From Vicugna vicugna (lineage: Eukaryota), in the NCBI GenBank assembly GCA_013265495.1, contig MU058037.1, positions 1,365,498 to 1,429,497 on the forward strand: a DNA stretch of 64,000 nt. Reading direction: 5' to 3'. The notes under the pieces were generated by a model. It ran no database searches. It had not been told where the DNA came from and saw only the letters and a list, made by a program, of their open reading frames with translations. Below, one piece after another: positions 36,051 to 50,800 of the stretch (position 1 is its first letter; each line of letters begins with the position of its first letter). The position numbers and the translations under genes are program-made.

Positions 36051-38687
36051 AAGAAAACCTTTCAGTATGAAACATCATGGGTAAAGAACAGTGACTGAGT
36101 GGGAGTTTCTCAAAATTGTGTTGAGTGGGAAAGTTTTGTGTGTTCCGAATCCATTTCACATTTCTAGCATCCCTAAAGACAAAGAAGTTATGCAGTCTAG
36201 TGATACAGAATTTTATTTTAAAATAGGTTGGATATATTTTAATTGGCATGTGTGTGTCCTCTTAATTTAGCCTAATATATCAAATAAGAAATCTTATTTT
36301 TAATTAGCTATTGAGAAAACAAACCTCTTTATGAAAGTCTTCTGTGAAGATGCTAGAAATCTCAAAATGCCCTATCCTGCTGCATTCAGAGAAGGACTCG
36401 GACTATAAGAATAGGAAAGCTCAGAAAGAATTACTGTAAAATGCAACGCTATAGGGGTTCCTTTGCTCAGGGCTGGGAGAAAAACATGGGGGAAGCTATA
36501 GACTCTGGCCGGAGCTGCTGGAGACCTTTGAAAACTAAGGATAGAACCAGTAGGGGGTCATCAGAGACAAACAGGCAAAGGGAGGAAACTCCCAAAGTCT
36601 CAGCACTAAAAAGAGAGACGGAGTGGGGACCAAAAGTAGAGGGGAGATGTGCGAACAATGGCTCTGGAAAGCAAAGTGGAGTGGGATTGTTGGTACCCAG
36701 TGGCTGGCAGCTATCAGAATCCAGCTCCCTGGGAAAAGATGTCGTTCCATTGTAAGTCACACGGGAGCGGCTATGGAGGGAATATTGTTTCCAGAATTCT
36801 CTGGCTCAAAGCCTGGAGCCAAGCAGGAGAACAATACAAATAATTAAGGGAGTAGTGGAATTAACTTACAGGGAATTCTTTCTGCTTTTCTTCACCTGGT
36901 GAGATCAAGTGTAGTATTCATTTCACATCAGATAGGTCTATTATCAGGGAACTGTATCCTGTTCTGGCAAAAGATGATCTAGTAGATTTTTTCCATTTCC
37001 AACTTCGCAGATGTAACAAATTACGTACAGCTTGGGAAAGTGATGCACTGTGTCTCCTGCGTCAGGGGCATATTTAAAAACATCTAAGATGAATAAATCT
37101 CAAGGAGAGGAAAAAATACAAGGGAATGTGTTACAAAAGGAATAAAACAAAAGCCTGCTTCCTTTACATTTATACAGAATCTATATAGAGAAGGAAGACC
37201 AATCTTATATCAACTCCACGTCATTGATTTCTATGTTTGTTTATTCTTTCGTAAAAATGTAGCTCGTATTTCAAACCCATTTTGAGTACCAAATACCATG
37301 CTCAGTTTGCAGATGGAAAAATTGAGTCACTGAGAAGGTATTTGTGTTCAAACAGAGCAAGTCAGTGAAAGGAACAAGAATATGACACTAATTCTCTGGC
37401 CAATGGAATAAAAACAGAAAGCTATCGGTCTACATATTTCTATCAAATGCATGCTATAAGGAATTTTTCTTATGGCTGTGATTTACTCTATAATTTTTCA
37501 CTCAAATATCACTGCCCCACAATTATATTAATGACGTATATAATTATTTACAAAGTAGTCCACCAACACTCCCTTAATGTGTACATTAATGAATGGTTAC
37601 GTGACACGTTCATAGGCTGCTTTGGATCCTGTCAATATTTGCTGTCAAAAAACCCATTTACGTTCTGGTTTCTTGAGTGATGCCTTAAAGATGAAAAAGC
37701 ATCAAGTCAGTGAGTTAATGGCTCATTTTTCATTGTGGCTTTTTTGGGACACCGATTCTGGAATTATCCATTTTGCGTGTGCCTTTCCCAAGGCCATTCT
37801 CAAGGTACAAGCCTGCAATTTTAGAGATAGTTTAGAGAATGTTAGAGTGGCTAGAGCTAACTTGGGCCAAGAGAAAACAACTCTTTGGAGAGGAGTCCGA
37901 CAGAGTTGAGGAAGTCTGTCCCTACTAAGGTCAGGCAGCTTCGATTGGGAATCCAGGCTATTCCTTGAACTGTCTGTGCGACCTTGAGCAAATCACCTAA
38001 GTTCTTTGGGGCTCAGTTTCTTTACCAATAAAACAAAGATGATGGTCTGAACCTGAGAAGTACGTTGTGAGGATGAAGGTGTAGTGATAAGCTAGGCTGA
38101 ATCCTGTGGTTTTTGGGGTGGATAAGGTAGTTTGCGGTAGATGGGGGAGGAGATGTTACCATCCCACAACCTCACCGCCAGGTTAAGGTGAAAGCTAGTC
38201 CCAACCCAATTCTGCCACTTTGTTAAACACACATTTGTTAGCAAACAAGCATAAAACCATTCATACAGCCTGTCTGTGAGCTTGAATGATGCCTCAGCTC
38301 TTGTTCCTTTAAGTGTTCTGAATGGGTGCCAGTTTGCATAAAAGGTTCCTATGAGGCAGGTAGTGATTCTGTTGCCGCTAGTTGGCAGCAGCCGGCTGGA
38401 AATCCTCATTATCGATGGCTGGAGACCAGCCCATCGGGGATCACTTCTCTGAGCTCTGTCTCCAAAGATACAAGCTGTAGGCATAAGATTCTTACACTCT
38501 GTTCAGCAGGGTGGGAATTATCTCTTAAATATTTTGACCAACTTGCATATCTTAACCTCCTCCTCCAACTTCATCAATAAAAGCCATTTCGAATACTCAT
38601 CCCACTATTTCACCTATTTCTGACATTTCTTCAAATAATAAAGCCTCAGGTGTTGGTGGAGATAAGGCGAACAAAACACTTACAGTA

Positions 38688-39229
38688 TCATGGAAGCAAC
38701 TTAAATGTCCATTGGCAGGTGACTGGATAAAGAAGCTGTGGTATATATACAATGGAATACTACTCAGCTATAAAAAAAGAATGAAATAATGCCATTTGCA
38801 GCAACATGGAAAGATCTGGAGATTGTCATACTCAGTGAAGTAAGCCAGAAAGAGAAAGAAAAATACCACATGATATCACTGATAAGTGGAATCTAAAAAA
38901 TGAGACAAATGAACTTAAATGAACAAAACAGAAACAGACAGACACAGAGAACAATCTTCTGGCTACTAGAGGGGAAAGCAGGGCAGGTGGAGGGACAAAT
39001 TGGGAGTTTGAGATTTGCAGATACTAACTACTATACATATAATGGATAAACAACAACATCCTACTGTGTAGCACAGGGAACTATACTCAATACCTTGTAA
39101 TAGCCTATAATGAAAAAGAGTATGAAAAGGAATATATATATATGTATATGTATAACTGAACCACTATGCTGCATACCAGAAACTAACACAGCACTGTAAA
39201 CCGACTATACTTCAATTAAAAAAAAAAAG
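38688..39229 (+). mobile_element. 5'-truncated lineage L1 (ORF2 end, 3'UTR, poly(A)) in SMPX intron 2
   Basis: atggaatactactcagc, gcagcaacatgga, tagcacagggaactat; TSD aaaacactt(a/g)cagta at 38673-38687 and 39230-39244. Confidence 0.9.
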
Positions 39230-40254
39230 AAAACACTTGCAGTAGCAATCTGGGGAATGTGGTCTTAGTGATATTTTACCACCTAACCACCCCAGAAGGT
39301 TGAACTCCCAATTAGAGCAATAGAGTTCCCTGGAGCTGCAGGTTAAACCAACCTGTGGGTATAAAATATCACGGTGTCTATGCTAAAGTAGTTTAAAGTA
39401 AATTACAGACATCTTAACAATGGGCAGAGCGAACATTTTAAATGCATGTCAATACTCATCTGCTTAGGGATGATCGCTTTCAATGGCTGTCAGATTGGGC
39501 CCCCAAGTTCCAAGGAACTGCTCATGGCCTGGGGCTTGGGGAAGCAGATGGGGTCTGGGCTCCCTGCCACCTTAGCCAGAGCAGCTCCACCTCCAGTTAG
39601 TTTGCATTTCAGATATTCTGACAACACTTTACATGAAGGAAGGGTTCCATGGCCAAAAGGTTTGAAAACAATTAAGGAAACCTACCATTCATATTAAATC
39701 AATGGGGAAGATGAGACCCACAGCAGTTGTCACTTTTTCAAGCACAGAGAATCTGTAGAAGCTCCTAGCATTGGGCTCTTTCACTACCATAGCCTCCCAT
39801 GGAGGGGCTACATGCATGGCTAAAATCAATCTCTGTGCAAGAAAAGGTGGTATTTCCATAGCATGTGCTTTACTGAATACAGTGTCCTACATGACCTTTA
39901 CATGTTCCTTTACTGAAAACTACAGCCTGCCATCGGACATACACATTTGATTAAATGGGTTAGTTTAGCAATTAAATCTTCACAAACAATATGTTAACCT
40001 GAACTTCCATTAGGAAAATGCCCTCTGTAGATGTTTAATAAATGGGTCAGGATCATGGTGATCTAATTAAACTTTCAGCTGGTTAACTTTCTTCCAAATA
40101 GTCCCCATATCAACTTCCTTCCTCTTTCGTCCAAACTGTAGTAATGGAAATAGTTATTGATTCAATATACATCATCTTCTGTGAGTCTTATGTACATTGT
40201 TTTGATCTTATTTCAGGACCCTGGAAAAATATAAATATCAGGACCCTAGAAAAA

Positions 40255-40420
40255 AATATTTCATCCAAGACACTGTCAATTGTAATATACCATTATTTTA
40301 TGTTCTGCTAAGAAATAAAACAAATGTGCCCATTAAAAATGTAAAATATCATTGGTTGCAAGACACAGGCTGATTTTAGAGATATTAAAAGAGGTGCATC
40401 TTTGAATTCATGAAGCATGC
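40255..40420. mobile_element. MER104/Kanga-like Tc-mariner remnant
   Basis: tgattttagagatattaaaa...gtgcatctttgaattcatgaa resembles the reverse complement of the recalled MER104 terminus. Confidence 0.5.
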
Positions 40421-41957
40421 TACCATATTTGCCACCAGATAAGACATATTTTCCCCTTTGTCTTATGCCGCGTTCTCCTCCCACTCTAGGTCACCTAATA
40501 TTTCCATTAAGCAGAAGAATAGCATAGAAGGCTCAGCCTTAGTTTTTCTGAAGTGCTTCCCTCTAAAAGTGTGCTACACTTATATTTTAGCATATATGAT
40601 ACATACTGACCAAAATACTTCTTGGCTTGTTGGCCCTAGGAGTGGTGATGTACCTCTCCTGATACCCGCCACAAACACTTTGGATCTGTTTCCTTTCTGT
40701 GGGATCAGCATCATTCTAGTAGGGAAGGAAGTTTTAAAGCCCCTATATGGAAAAAGTCAATTCCTGTTCTCCAGAGCAGAACATAGATCCGCCATGTTGC
40801 AGAAACACAGACACTGGATACTTCCTGTGTCTTGAGTTAAACATTTTCTTGGCAACAGAGCTCATGTCGGGCAGTTTCAAATGGATCTTACCACACACTT
40901 CCTAATAATTTTGTTTGGTGTGGTAGCAAAATGGTCCAAACTGAGTCATAAGGGAACAAAATATTTTGCTCTCTTTGCTCAGGCGTCATTTTTGTTCATA
41001 ATATCAAAGTGCAATTTCAACTTTTCAAGCCCACATATCCAATTACTCATAAGGCAACACTTTATCTCAAGTGGAAAGAATTTACATTTTGCCTTAAAAG
41101 AGAGTTGTCATGCTTGTTTTATGTGAGTGATCCTCCTGGTGGAAGATGTTCTTGGTCTGCATTAAACATTCTTGCCTTTTGATATCAGATGAAATATGGA
41201 CAAATTCCAATTTACATATTCTTTCCCACATTTGAATTACTGGCATCATTTTCCATACATAATTTAATGTTTAGCATAATTCATGTTTTCTAGAAGGTAT
41301 TTGATGTTTACTGTGGATGGAGATTAATATGTTATCTTAATAAAGAACAAGAATCTATGAACTGGGATACCAATGAACTTGACTTTCCAGCACTCTCCTT
41401 ACGCATTGACCCACACAGTGGTGTGCCAGGGGGATGATAGAAGAGTGTCAGTTAGAGAGACCTTAGACCCAAATAAGGGCTGGAATAGCTGTAGGACATT
41501 ACGAAAATGAGGAAGCAGTTTAGGAGGTATGATTGTTCCCCTCCCATGGTAAATCTGAAGGAGGGCAAAGAAGGGCTAAGGTGTTGGATGGTTTCTGCAA
41601 ATGCTGTTTCCTCCTTTACTGCCATTATGTGTTCCTTTCTCATCCCAGACAGCAGAAAATATTAAGCACCACAGGAGGGCAACAGCCAGAACAAACTGAC
41701 TTCAAATTCCTCCAACCAATGGGGAATTATAAAATCACTGCACAGACCTAAAGATGAGTAGCAGAGATCTGGAATAAATAGAAGTCAAATTCTCCTTTGC
41801 ATATTTTTGTACTGTCATTACAGCAATTTTCCTAAGGTAAAAAGCTTCAAAGATGAACTTTTCAGATTCGTTTTGCCTCACAATGATCACCATCTCAGAA
41901 GGTCAATGCAATTTCTTACTTTTCTTGAGCTAAATCTTCCCTGTTTTCTCTTTTTAG

Positions 41958-42101
<144 letters not shown>

Positions 42102-43146
42102 TAGAGGGGAGCAGAGGCAAGGTGAGGACCAACTTTCCAGGACAAGGAAGGCACAAGTGGATGTGGGTCAAGGAGGCATCATGTAGCATACACATTTCTT
42201 TGGCTGTCTTGCTCATTTAGCCACGAAATATACTGCCCCTCACTTCCTTTCAGTCGAATTTAAGTGCCTGGCACAGTTACTTGAAGATGCTGAGTTTAAC
42301 AACTAGTTTATTGATTGACTGTGTGTGTGTGTTTGTGTTTGTGTGTGTGTGGTTGTGGTGGGGGAACCTCTCAGATGCTCTTGGTCCAGCAACAGTCAAA
42401 AGCTTGGTAAATTCTCACTCTTGAGCTTTTACTGAATCGAGCAGGATGTATGCAGTACAGCTTCTGACAAGTGATGAACTCCAGTGGGAGCTCAGGTAAT
42501 AACCATGGTAAATTACTTGTTGCTTCAAACAAAAAGCCGTAATCTCTGGGTATTTCCTTTGAAAAGAGGAACTTGCAAGAGAGTCTATCAATTTCTGTAT
42601 TTTTAACTCCCCCTAATTCTTTATCTTTCCTCCAAATTTAAATACCCAGTCTTTTTAAATGGGAGCTAAAATTAATAGAGGGTACAATAAATAGCGACTA
42701 GATCCCCCTCCATAGGTTTATATTTCTTCCTCAATTGTGACTTTTCTGGTGAAGCTTGGAAAGGTCTGATTCTGAAAAAAAAAGTTAATGTCTCGAAGCA
42801 TATCTTGGAGCATTAAGTAAAGCCACAGGGTACTGCAATCTGTATTTTATTTTTTTTAAAGGTGAAAAGGCTTTTTTAACTTTTGTAGGTGACCTACACC
42901 TATCACCCTTTTAAAATTCCTAATAAAACACTGGTTATCCTGCATCTAAACTTTTTCCCATAAATAATTCCTGATGTGGTCTTAAGTCAGTGATTCCAGC
43001 CTCCTCTAAAAAGAAAGATAATTTTTGAAAGGAGGAGATGCAGAATTTGAGTGACATCACCATATTCTGGAATTTCAGTCACTAAGTCACCCTCGATGAA
43101 TAATAAATTTTGATAAGTTGATAAGACCTGGCCCTACTCTGCTTTT

Positions 43147-43295
43147 CAAAAAAATTAATTTCATGTATTTATTACTGTATTATTTTATTATTTTTTGGCA
43201 AGGGGGAGGTAATTAGGTTTTATTATTTATTTTTAGAGGAGGCACTGGGGATTGAACCTAAGCATGTGCTCTACCACTTGAGCTATACCTTCCAC
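43147..43295 (-). mobile_element. tRNA-Ala-derived SINE (vic-1-like), internally deleted variant
   Basis: Tail ggggaggtaattagg plus shortened head; perfect TSD ccctactctgctttt at 43132-43146 and 43296-43310. Confidence 0.88.
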
Positions 43296-44459
43296 CCCTA
43301 CTCTGCTTTTATGGTACAGAATTTCAAGTTCTGCTGCTGCTAACTTGGCCACCCAGTTAACTCATGATCATGAGCTCTCCTTCTGTGACTTTGGCCAAGT
43401 ATTTGAGTCTCTGTCTGCAAAATATAATCCCCTCCATTCCTCTGAGGGTTGCTGTGAGGAAAGAGTCAGTAATATAACAGACATGGCATAACCTTGTAGG
43501 TATTCAATGAATGGCTGCTCATGGACTGATCAAATTATCCAATTTTTATGCAGGACTCCTGGGCCTATTATTTTGCAGGTTGTGAGAAAAAGGCATAGGG
43601 AGGTAGAAGGGAGGGCAGAAAGGAATTCTTCCTTCACCTCCATTTATCTGTAATTCGGTTTTCTTCCTGTGCTTCCTCTTAAGTTGTGTCCATTGCTACC
43701 ATGGCAGTCAGTCAGAAGGCAGCTTGACCCTCTTTTCTCACTAAATTGACTGATGCTGAGGAGGCTTGCATCTCCTCTTCCCTCTATGGTAGCGATCGTC
43801 CTAGCTTCTTCTCTAGAATAAACTTTTCTATTACTATCCAGTTTGAAAACTTGGAATTGCTTACTTTCTTAGATTTGGGTTTCATTGCCTAGCTTTGCAT
43901 TAAGATAATCACTGTCTAAAGTGGAGGTCATAACAGATCATCCCTGAACAGAACAGGCCAACTCTATCACAGCCAGTAGCTCCTCCATCTCAATCTCAAC
44001 ACCATCTTAGACATGAAGAGGTACCCTAGCATGAAGCCAGGACGAGCCTTTGGCCACCTGACAAGGCCTGTGCGCACTGGCTGGGTCCCTCACCCACCTA
44101 TAGTCTCTTTGAGCCCTTGTTCTGCTCACAGAGCTGGAGCACACCCTCCGCTCAGCCCAGCCAGAGTTTGGCACATGCCCGACACAAAGTCCTTACAACC
44201 AAACCCTAGTAAGCATAAGAAAAGGCAGCTGTGTGATTAAAGTAGGTACTGACAAGGCTATTGACAAGAAGGATATTGATAAGATGAAGGATATTGACAA
44301 GCTCCTACTCTACGTCCCAAATCTCTCTTTTGACCGAAATTCCATCATTACTAAGCCACAAAACAGCACACTGGATTTTCTGTTAATTATTTCCCTCTCC
44401 ACTTGGTTCCTTTACAAGATGCAAACACACTATTTACTTGTGGTCTCACTACCTCCTAG

Positions 44460-44632
44460 CTGTGAAGCCACTGGGCAAGATTCTTACCTTTCCCCCCTGC
44501 CTCATGCTTCAGTTTCATCAACTGTAAAATAGGGATAGTAATAGCACCGGACTTGTAGGGGTGATGTGAGGACTAAATGGGTGAGTACGTGTAACTCAGA
44601 AGTGCTAGCAACGTGTTTGCTGCTATTATTAA
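44460..44632. mobile_element. MIR SINE
   Basis: cttcagtttcatcaactgtaaaatagggatagtaatagcacc...tgtgaggactaaatg. Confidence 0.75.
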
Positions 44633-45535
44633 GTCTTCAGGGTTTGAGCATAATGAGCACATCAGGCTGCAGTGTCATATGTAAGAGTTTAGGGGGAAAC
44701 TCAGTGCGGCATCCGGTAGTAAAGAGGGAGAGAAGGTGAGATAGCTGGAAAATGGTTTGCCATTTTGCCAAATTTTACAGATTACTCTGTCACCCCAAAG
44801 GGGAACATTTCCCTTTGACAACAGCCATTCCTGAAACTGGGAATGGTGCTGGGGCTGATAAGCCTTCTGTCAAGCTTTCTTTATCTAAACCAAAGAATGT
44901 CTTCCACGTCCCTTCTCAATTCAAATATCTACTTAGAAAAGAAAAGAGAACGTACTTAGTCAAATGGGGCCATCTGGAACCCTGCCTGTTCATGCCTCAA
45001 TTTATTATAATTCTTATGTAACAAATACGTAGAAGAAATGGGATCTGATTCACATTATATTTCAAAAGATGAGAGAAGATTCAGTTAAGAATATGTACCA
45101 CTACTAACCCACCTTCCTGAGTTAATATATTAATACCTACTTATTAAATATATCCACTTATTATTTTCCATTATATGTGATCTTATCAAATCAAGTGCTA
45201 AAAGTCTTACTTTGTTAAGTAAAAAACACAGTGCATTGATGTTTTAATAACTTTAAAGGAAAGTGCCTAATATCAAATATTGTTATCTTTGATCTGTGTA
45301 TGTTTGCATAATAAATCTTTGTGCACAGACACATAACTACACACAGTGGCTTTATGCATTAAATGTGCCAATATAGCACATTTTGATATTAGAAAGATAG
45401 CGACTGTGACTTACTCAGGAACTTAACAGAAGGAATTGGAAACATTTTTCTCCTTCATGCTTCTTAATTAAGATCTACCCACGTAACAACCATGGGAACA
45501 TTTATAAGTGAGGAAATATTTTCCATTTCACCACT

Positions 45536-45568
<33 letters not shown>

Positions 45569-46294
45569 CATGTTTTTTAAAAAGCACTTTATAACTTTAT
45601 GGCCTTGTTTAAAATTTCTCTCCAAAAGCCTAGCAAAGAACATTTGGGAATACCTTGTCCTCCAAGTGGCTGTGTAACAAATAGTTTGAACTATTGCTTC
45701 TAAATCTGCATTTATAAGTGATGACTGTGCCTGCATGATGAAAGGCATCCAGTCCTATGGCTCTTTACACTGACCCAGGGAAACAATGTTTTCCAGATAT
45801 TTACAACAGTTACAGCCTACATCAAATTACTTTATCATTTCGTGTGGGTGACACATTAGCTATTTCATCAGCACTGTGCCAGATTCAAAGAAAATGACTA
45901 TAGGAAAAACTATTAGCATTTGGGAGAAGAGCACCTCAATATTTTATATTTCTACTAATCCCCTCAAATAAGCAATTTAAAAACATTTCTGTAAAGAACA
46001 CGTCTACCAAATAATTGGTTCAAGTTTGGGAAGTTCGAACACTTTCTTCCTTTTCCCTTTAAGGTCTAGACAATTTGAGAACCAGATGTAGGAGCCAGAT
46101 GGAAGCTTGAAGCATGGCATCAGCTTTAATACCAAGGGCTATTACAGGGCTGCCGAGTTAGGCTGGCAACCCGTATGGACACAGGGCTTGAACCTGAGGC
46201 AAACGTGCAATTTCTTATTCTTTTTCCTGGAACTGTACTGGTTCACTCAGTTGCTGGCAGAGCAGATGGAGCTCTGCCAGTGTCACGTGGGGCC

Positions 46295-46693
46295 TGTGTT
46301 AGTTTGGGTCCTCCAGAAAGCAGATCTCAAGAGGGGATTAGACGGGTAAAATATTTATTGGGGAAAAAACTTGTAAGGAAAAATGGAAGGGTTGTCAGAC
46401 GGTGATGCAGGTGAAGGAGAGTGGGACAGAAGGTTGGGCAGAAGCATCTTAGACATCAGTGATGTTTTAAGGAAAATTCTCGAGCCCAGGTCCCTCCCAG
46501 AAGAGTCCCAGGTCTCCCAGGAACGGCCTGCCTTAGGATTCTGTGACACTCAGTCATTGGCCATGAGCAACCGTGGGAAGTGTGACCTCAGCATGGTGAT
46601 TGGTGGGTTTCAGGGTGAAGCAGCTGGGACTGTCATTCAATTATCCTCCCTGCAGGAAACTGATCCGAGAGGCGTGCTCTTGTGGCTGCCACA
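46295..46693 (-). mobile_element. LTR16-like (ERVL) solo LTR in SMPX intron 3
   Basis: tgtgttagtttgggtcctccagaaagcaga...ggctgccaca termini, like 24310-24822. Confidence 0.65.
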
Positions 46694-47635
46694 GAGATCA
46701 AATGTTCCTGCGACACCTTCGTTCCAGGGCCCTGGAGAATATGCCCTCCATTGCTAGCAAACAGGGGAAATGAGCTAACCAGCAAGCCTGTCTGTAGTAA
46801 TGAGCTGGAGTTCTAGGGGCTGCACACAGCACCTGATCTTACTGTTCCGTAGTCGCTGTTAATATGTATGTTTGGTGTCTGTATGCTGAGGTATAGATTT
46901 GTCACTATGGTACATTCTCGGAATTAATCAACTAAACCACAATCAATAAGTTAGTCTGTGCACTTTTTTCTGTACCAGCCATCGGAGGAGCCACACAAAA
47001 GAAGTACAGGATGTAGTTCTGCCCTAAAGCCACAACAACATACAAACATAAGATGACAGGAAATTTAAAACACTTTCCAAAGCAGGGGGGAAGAGCTGGG
47101 TCTCCTCTGACGTTCCATCCTATCTCACCCATATTCAAAGAGGTTCTGCGTGTATCAGTTTCAGTTTGTTTATGCTTCCCAGAAATGTCATTGGAACAAA
47201 GGCTGGCAGCCACTGCACATCGAACAAAAAAAAAAAAAAAGAAAATTCCAGGACCAAGTCATTGTTGGAGTCAGCCGCGCACTAACAGTCTACAAATCGC
47301 TACCTTTCAGGCATGATGATATTATGGTACCAAATTAAATTGGATCTTGTAGGATGCCTCTCTTAGAACACAAACCTTTCTAACTCGTGGTAATTTTTAT
47401 TAGTTACCAGACACTGAACAGTACTCTAGTGTTTTCTAAGTAATAGGGAAATGACTTGTTTTCTTCTTCCAATTTTATTCCTCTACAAACTTAAGGAGAT
47501 CTTGAAATTCTGAGGGTGTCTCAACAGCACAAGAAAAAGTCACTCTGCTAGAATTACACTCTGACGTTATTCTTGCTTTAATTTTTTTCTGCTTCGTGTC
47601 CATGACCCAGAGAGACCAAACATCTTTTTCAGTGA

Positions 47636-47800
<165 letters not shown>

Positions 47801-50800
47801 TTGGAAAAAAAAGGTGGGTGGAAAACTATTTTCTTTGTCCCCGAAAGACCACTATAAAATGGTTTAAGGCAGACTTCCACCAAAGGAGTCTGGAATTCCA
47901 GAAGTGTTTACTTAAAGTTTCAAGGCCTTCAAGTTAGATCAGTAACTTTCCGGCACAAAGGTTGTCTGGCATGTAAAGCCAAGCTTTTAGGCCTATCTTG
48001 TTCCAAAACCAGTCAGAAGGCCATTGAGGATGTTTGTCTGCCATCCCCTTTCTGGTCACCTTCTTAGTTGGGGAAGGGTTGGGTTGGGAGAGGAAAGATG
48101 CTTGGTAGGGGGCCTTAAGGAACTTTTGATCTCAGGGCCCAGGGAGCCCTTCTTCGTTCTATGCCTCAGTTTCCCCATCCAGATGCCCAAATAGCGATGA
48201 GCTGCTTCCAAGCTGGAGGATCAGAGTAGCAAGGAGCTGAGGAGGTTTGGTGGTAACTCAGGTGTGTGTAAGGCAGACCAAGAGGACCTAGTAATGACTT
48301 TGAAGGTAAAGGAGGGAAGGGTAGGCTCAGAATTGTACCTGCTACTTGAAGAGGCATTGCAAGCAGGGCCTGTGACTTTATTTTCATTTTAATTGGATCT
48401 ATTCAATAATGATCCCCTCAGGGAGGCTGGGGGCTCAGCCCCACCCTCCACCTGAAGACTGGTACGGGATTTCTGTCAGCAGTGGGCTTATGGAATTGGC
48501 CCAAGTCATCATTCTTTCTCCTATGAGATTCTGGGAGCAAATCTACTTTATCCAACATTACTGAATCCCACCACCCACAGTTTATTCTATTCCTTAAGCA
48601 GAAGTTTAAGTCTAGAGGAGAGGAATCAATACTGGGAACATAAGGTATTTATCTGGCTGAATGTCCATTCATTTGTTTGTTCATCTACTCATTCATTTAT
48701 TAAACCATTATTTATTGAGTATCTGCTGTGTGCTGAACACTAGACACATATACTGATCACTTACCATGGGCCAGTGAATGGAATGGCCCTTATACCAATG
48801 GAAGAGCATTCTATCCATTGTTCTGTTAAGCTTCGTGATACCCAGTATTGCTCCCATTCTTGAGATGAGTCTTAGACAGACTGATTTTCCCCATCTATCA
48901 TGCATCCTAAAGAGGCGATCTGACTTCAAAGTGACTGCTGCCACTTACTTAGTATACTGCTTCGCCCCTTCCTCTCCCCATACCTTCCAGACAGACTGCA
49001 CACTCCCTGTGGGTATTAGGGTAAAATCTTCTGACCACATGCATAGTGAAGACAAGCATGGCAAGGGGGCCCTATTGTGTCTTTTGTAAATATAATGAAG
49101 AAGAGACATTCTGTGAGACAATCCCATAAGTGATGGATGGTACTTGGGTCACACTTGTGCTGATTCACTTGCAAATGTCCTAGTAAGTTATGCCGAAAAG
49201 ATTTCTTCATAGAGTAGAGAAAGAAAGGAGCCGTTTCGAGTTAAAATAACAGAACAGTACCTAATGTTCTCAGCACAGTTACACAAAAGAACAAAGGAGT
49301 AAGAATAAAATACACTGGATTCTATGATCATAGAGTGAATCCCAGGAACATGCATGGGACCAAGCGACGTGAGCAGGAACTGACCTGAAGTGTGGCCATA
49401 GACACTTACTATTAATGATGAAGGAATGAAACAAATTGATGACTGAGGATTATGAGACTCAGTCCTGCTTGTGTTGTGAAGCTGAGATGAAATATTCCAA
49501 TATGCTTGGGATAAAGCTGCAGAACTTTCTGGTGAGAAAGCCCGCAGAAGGAAAATGAACTTTTGGTAATATTTATTATTATCACCCAACCAAGGCTGTT
49601 CAGTTAAACACATGAATTTTTAATGCAGAGTTTAAAGGGTTTTGCTTTTATGAAATCCATGCCGACCTAAATTTAACCCTAGTTTCAGCTTCAGAAGAAT
49701 CTGGTTTTGAAGATTCAAAAGAATGCTGTTTCAAAATTAGCTCAGAGAGGATCCTGCAGCGTTATTCAGCAGTGAGGCTGATTCTGTAGCCTTGGATCTG
49801 TGGTTACGCTAATGAGGAACAATATCAGCTCGATAAAATATTGAAAAGGTACCAGGTATCCAGAACACAGTTTTGTTACTCCATCTTCTCAGAGAAGACC
49901 ACTCAGAGAGGCCTATTTGTCCTCACTCTGTAAGAAGGTGAAAACCTAAGCTGTCCAGTAATTAATCTGAATTCCTCATGAGTACAGTCACTGTTTTAAG
50001 CCAAGGAGTGATTTTTATTTCTTTCAGGAGAGGTACTACGCTAGTTTGTTTTTGACTCATCAATTCTTCTCCTGCAAAACTGTCCAATTTTGAGACTTCC
50101 ATGGTCATGGTTTGTGGTCACAGAAGGAGAGCATTTCTTAACATTGATTAATCAGTGGATTCATAAACGACAAATACCCTGGACCAGCCATCATTTGGCC
50201 CCTCACTGCTTGGATATGATTTCCTCCTTTTCTGGGCCACCACTTTGTCACCTACCCTCACCATGTAGTGTTCAATGATTTAATCAAACAGATCATAGTT
50301 TAAAGACTGAGTGAATAAGTCCATAGTACCAAACTGTGAAAACCATAAGACTTAAGGCTCAAAGTCTAGGTTATAACTATTACCATATGTTAGACATAAG
50401 ATAGAGCAGCACTTCCTTCCAGCCAAGATCAGCCCCTCCTTGTAAGTAGGATTTCAGATTCTTTCCATGCCCTGTGTCATGGCTAGAACTGTTCATGAAA
50501 AATTGGTAGAAAACATTACAGGACAAGAACCAGAAATGTCAATGACTAGCCAGTTAGAGATCAGTAACCATGGCTTGTGGCAAAGGACTTAGGGCCTGGA
50601 CCCAATCAGGAACCAGAACCAGGCAACACAGAGATAATACATACCAAGTCAAGACCAAGAAACACAGGGGAATCCCAAATGGGGCCCTACACCACACCAG
50701 AACAGGCTGGGGCAGGGAAGGTCATGTGTTCAGCCACAAACCTCTCAGGATTCGTCTGGATGTGACTTAAGGTGGCCAGATGATAACTAAGCAAGCCCAG

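Noticed and set aside
40213..40259. Imperfect tandem duplication tcaggaccct(g/a)gaaaaa x2
   Set aside because: Isolated small duplication with no sign of function.
44259..44302. Short repeat (g/c)tattga(c/t)aag x3 giving DKKDIDKMKDIDK in a 99-aa ORF
   Set aside because: Slippage-type repeat; the ORF runs into a MIR and has no coding support.
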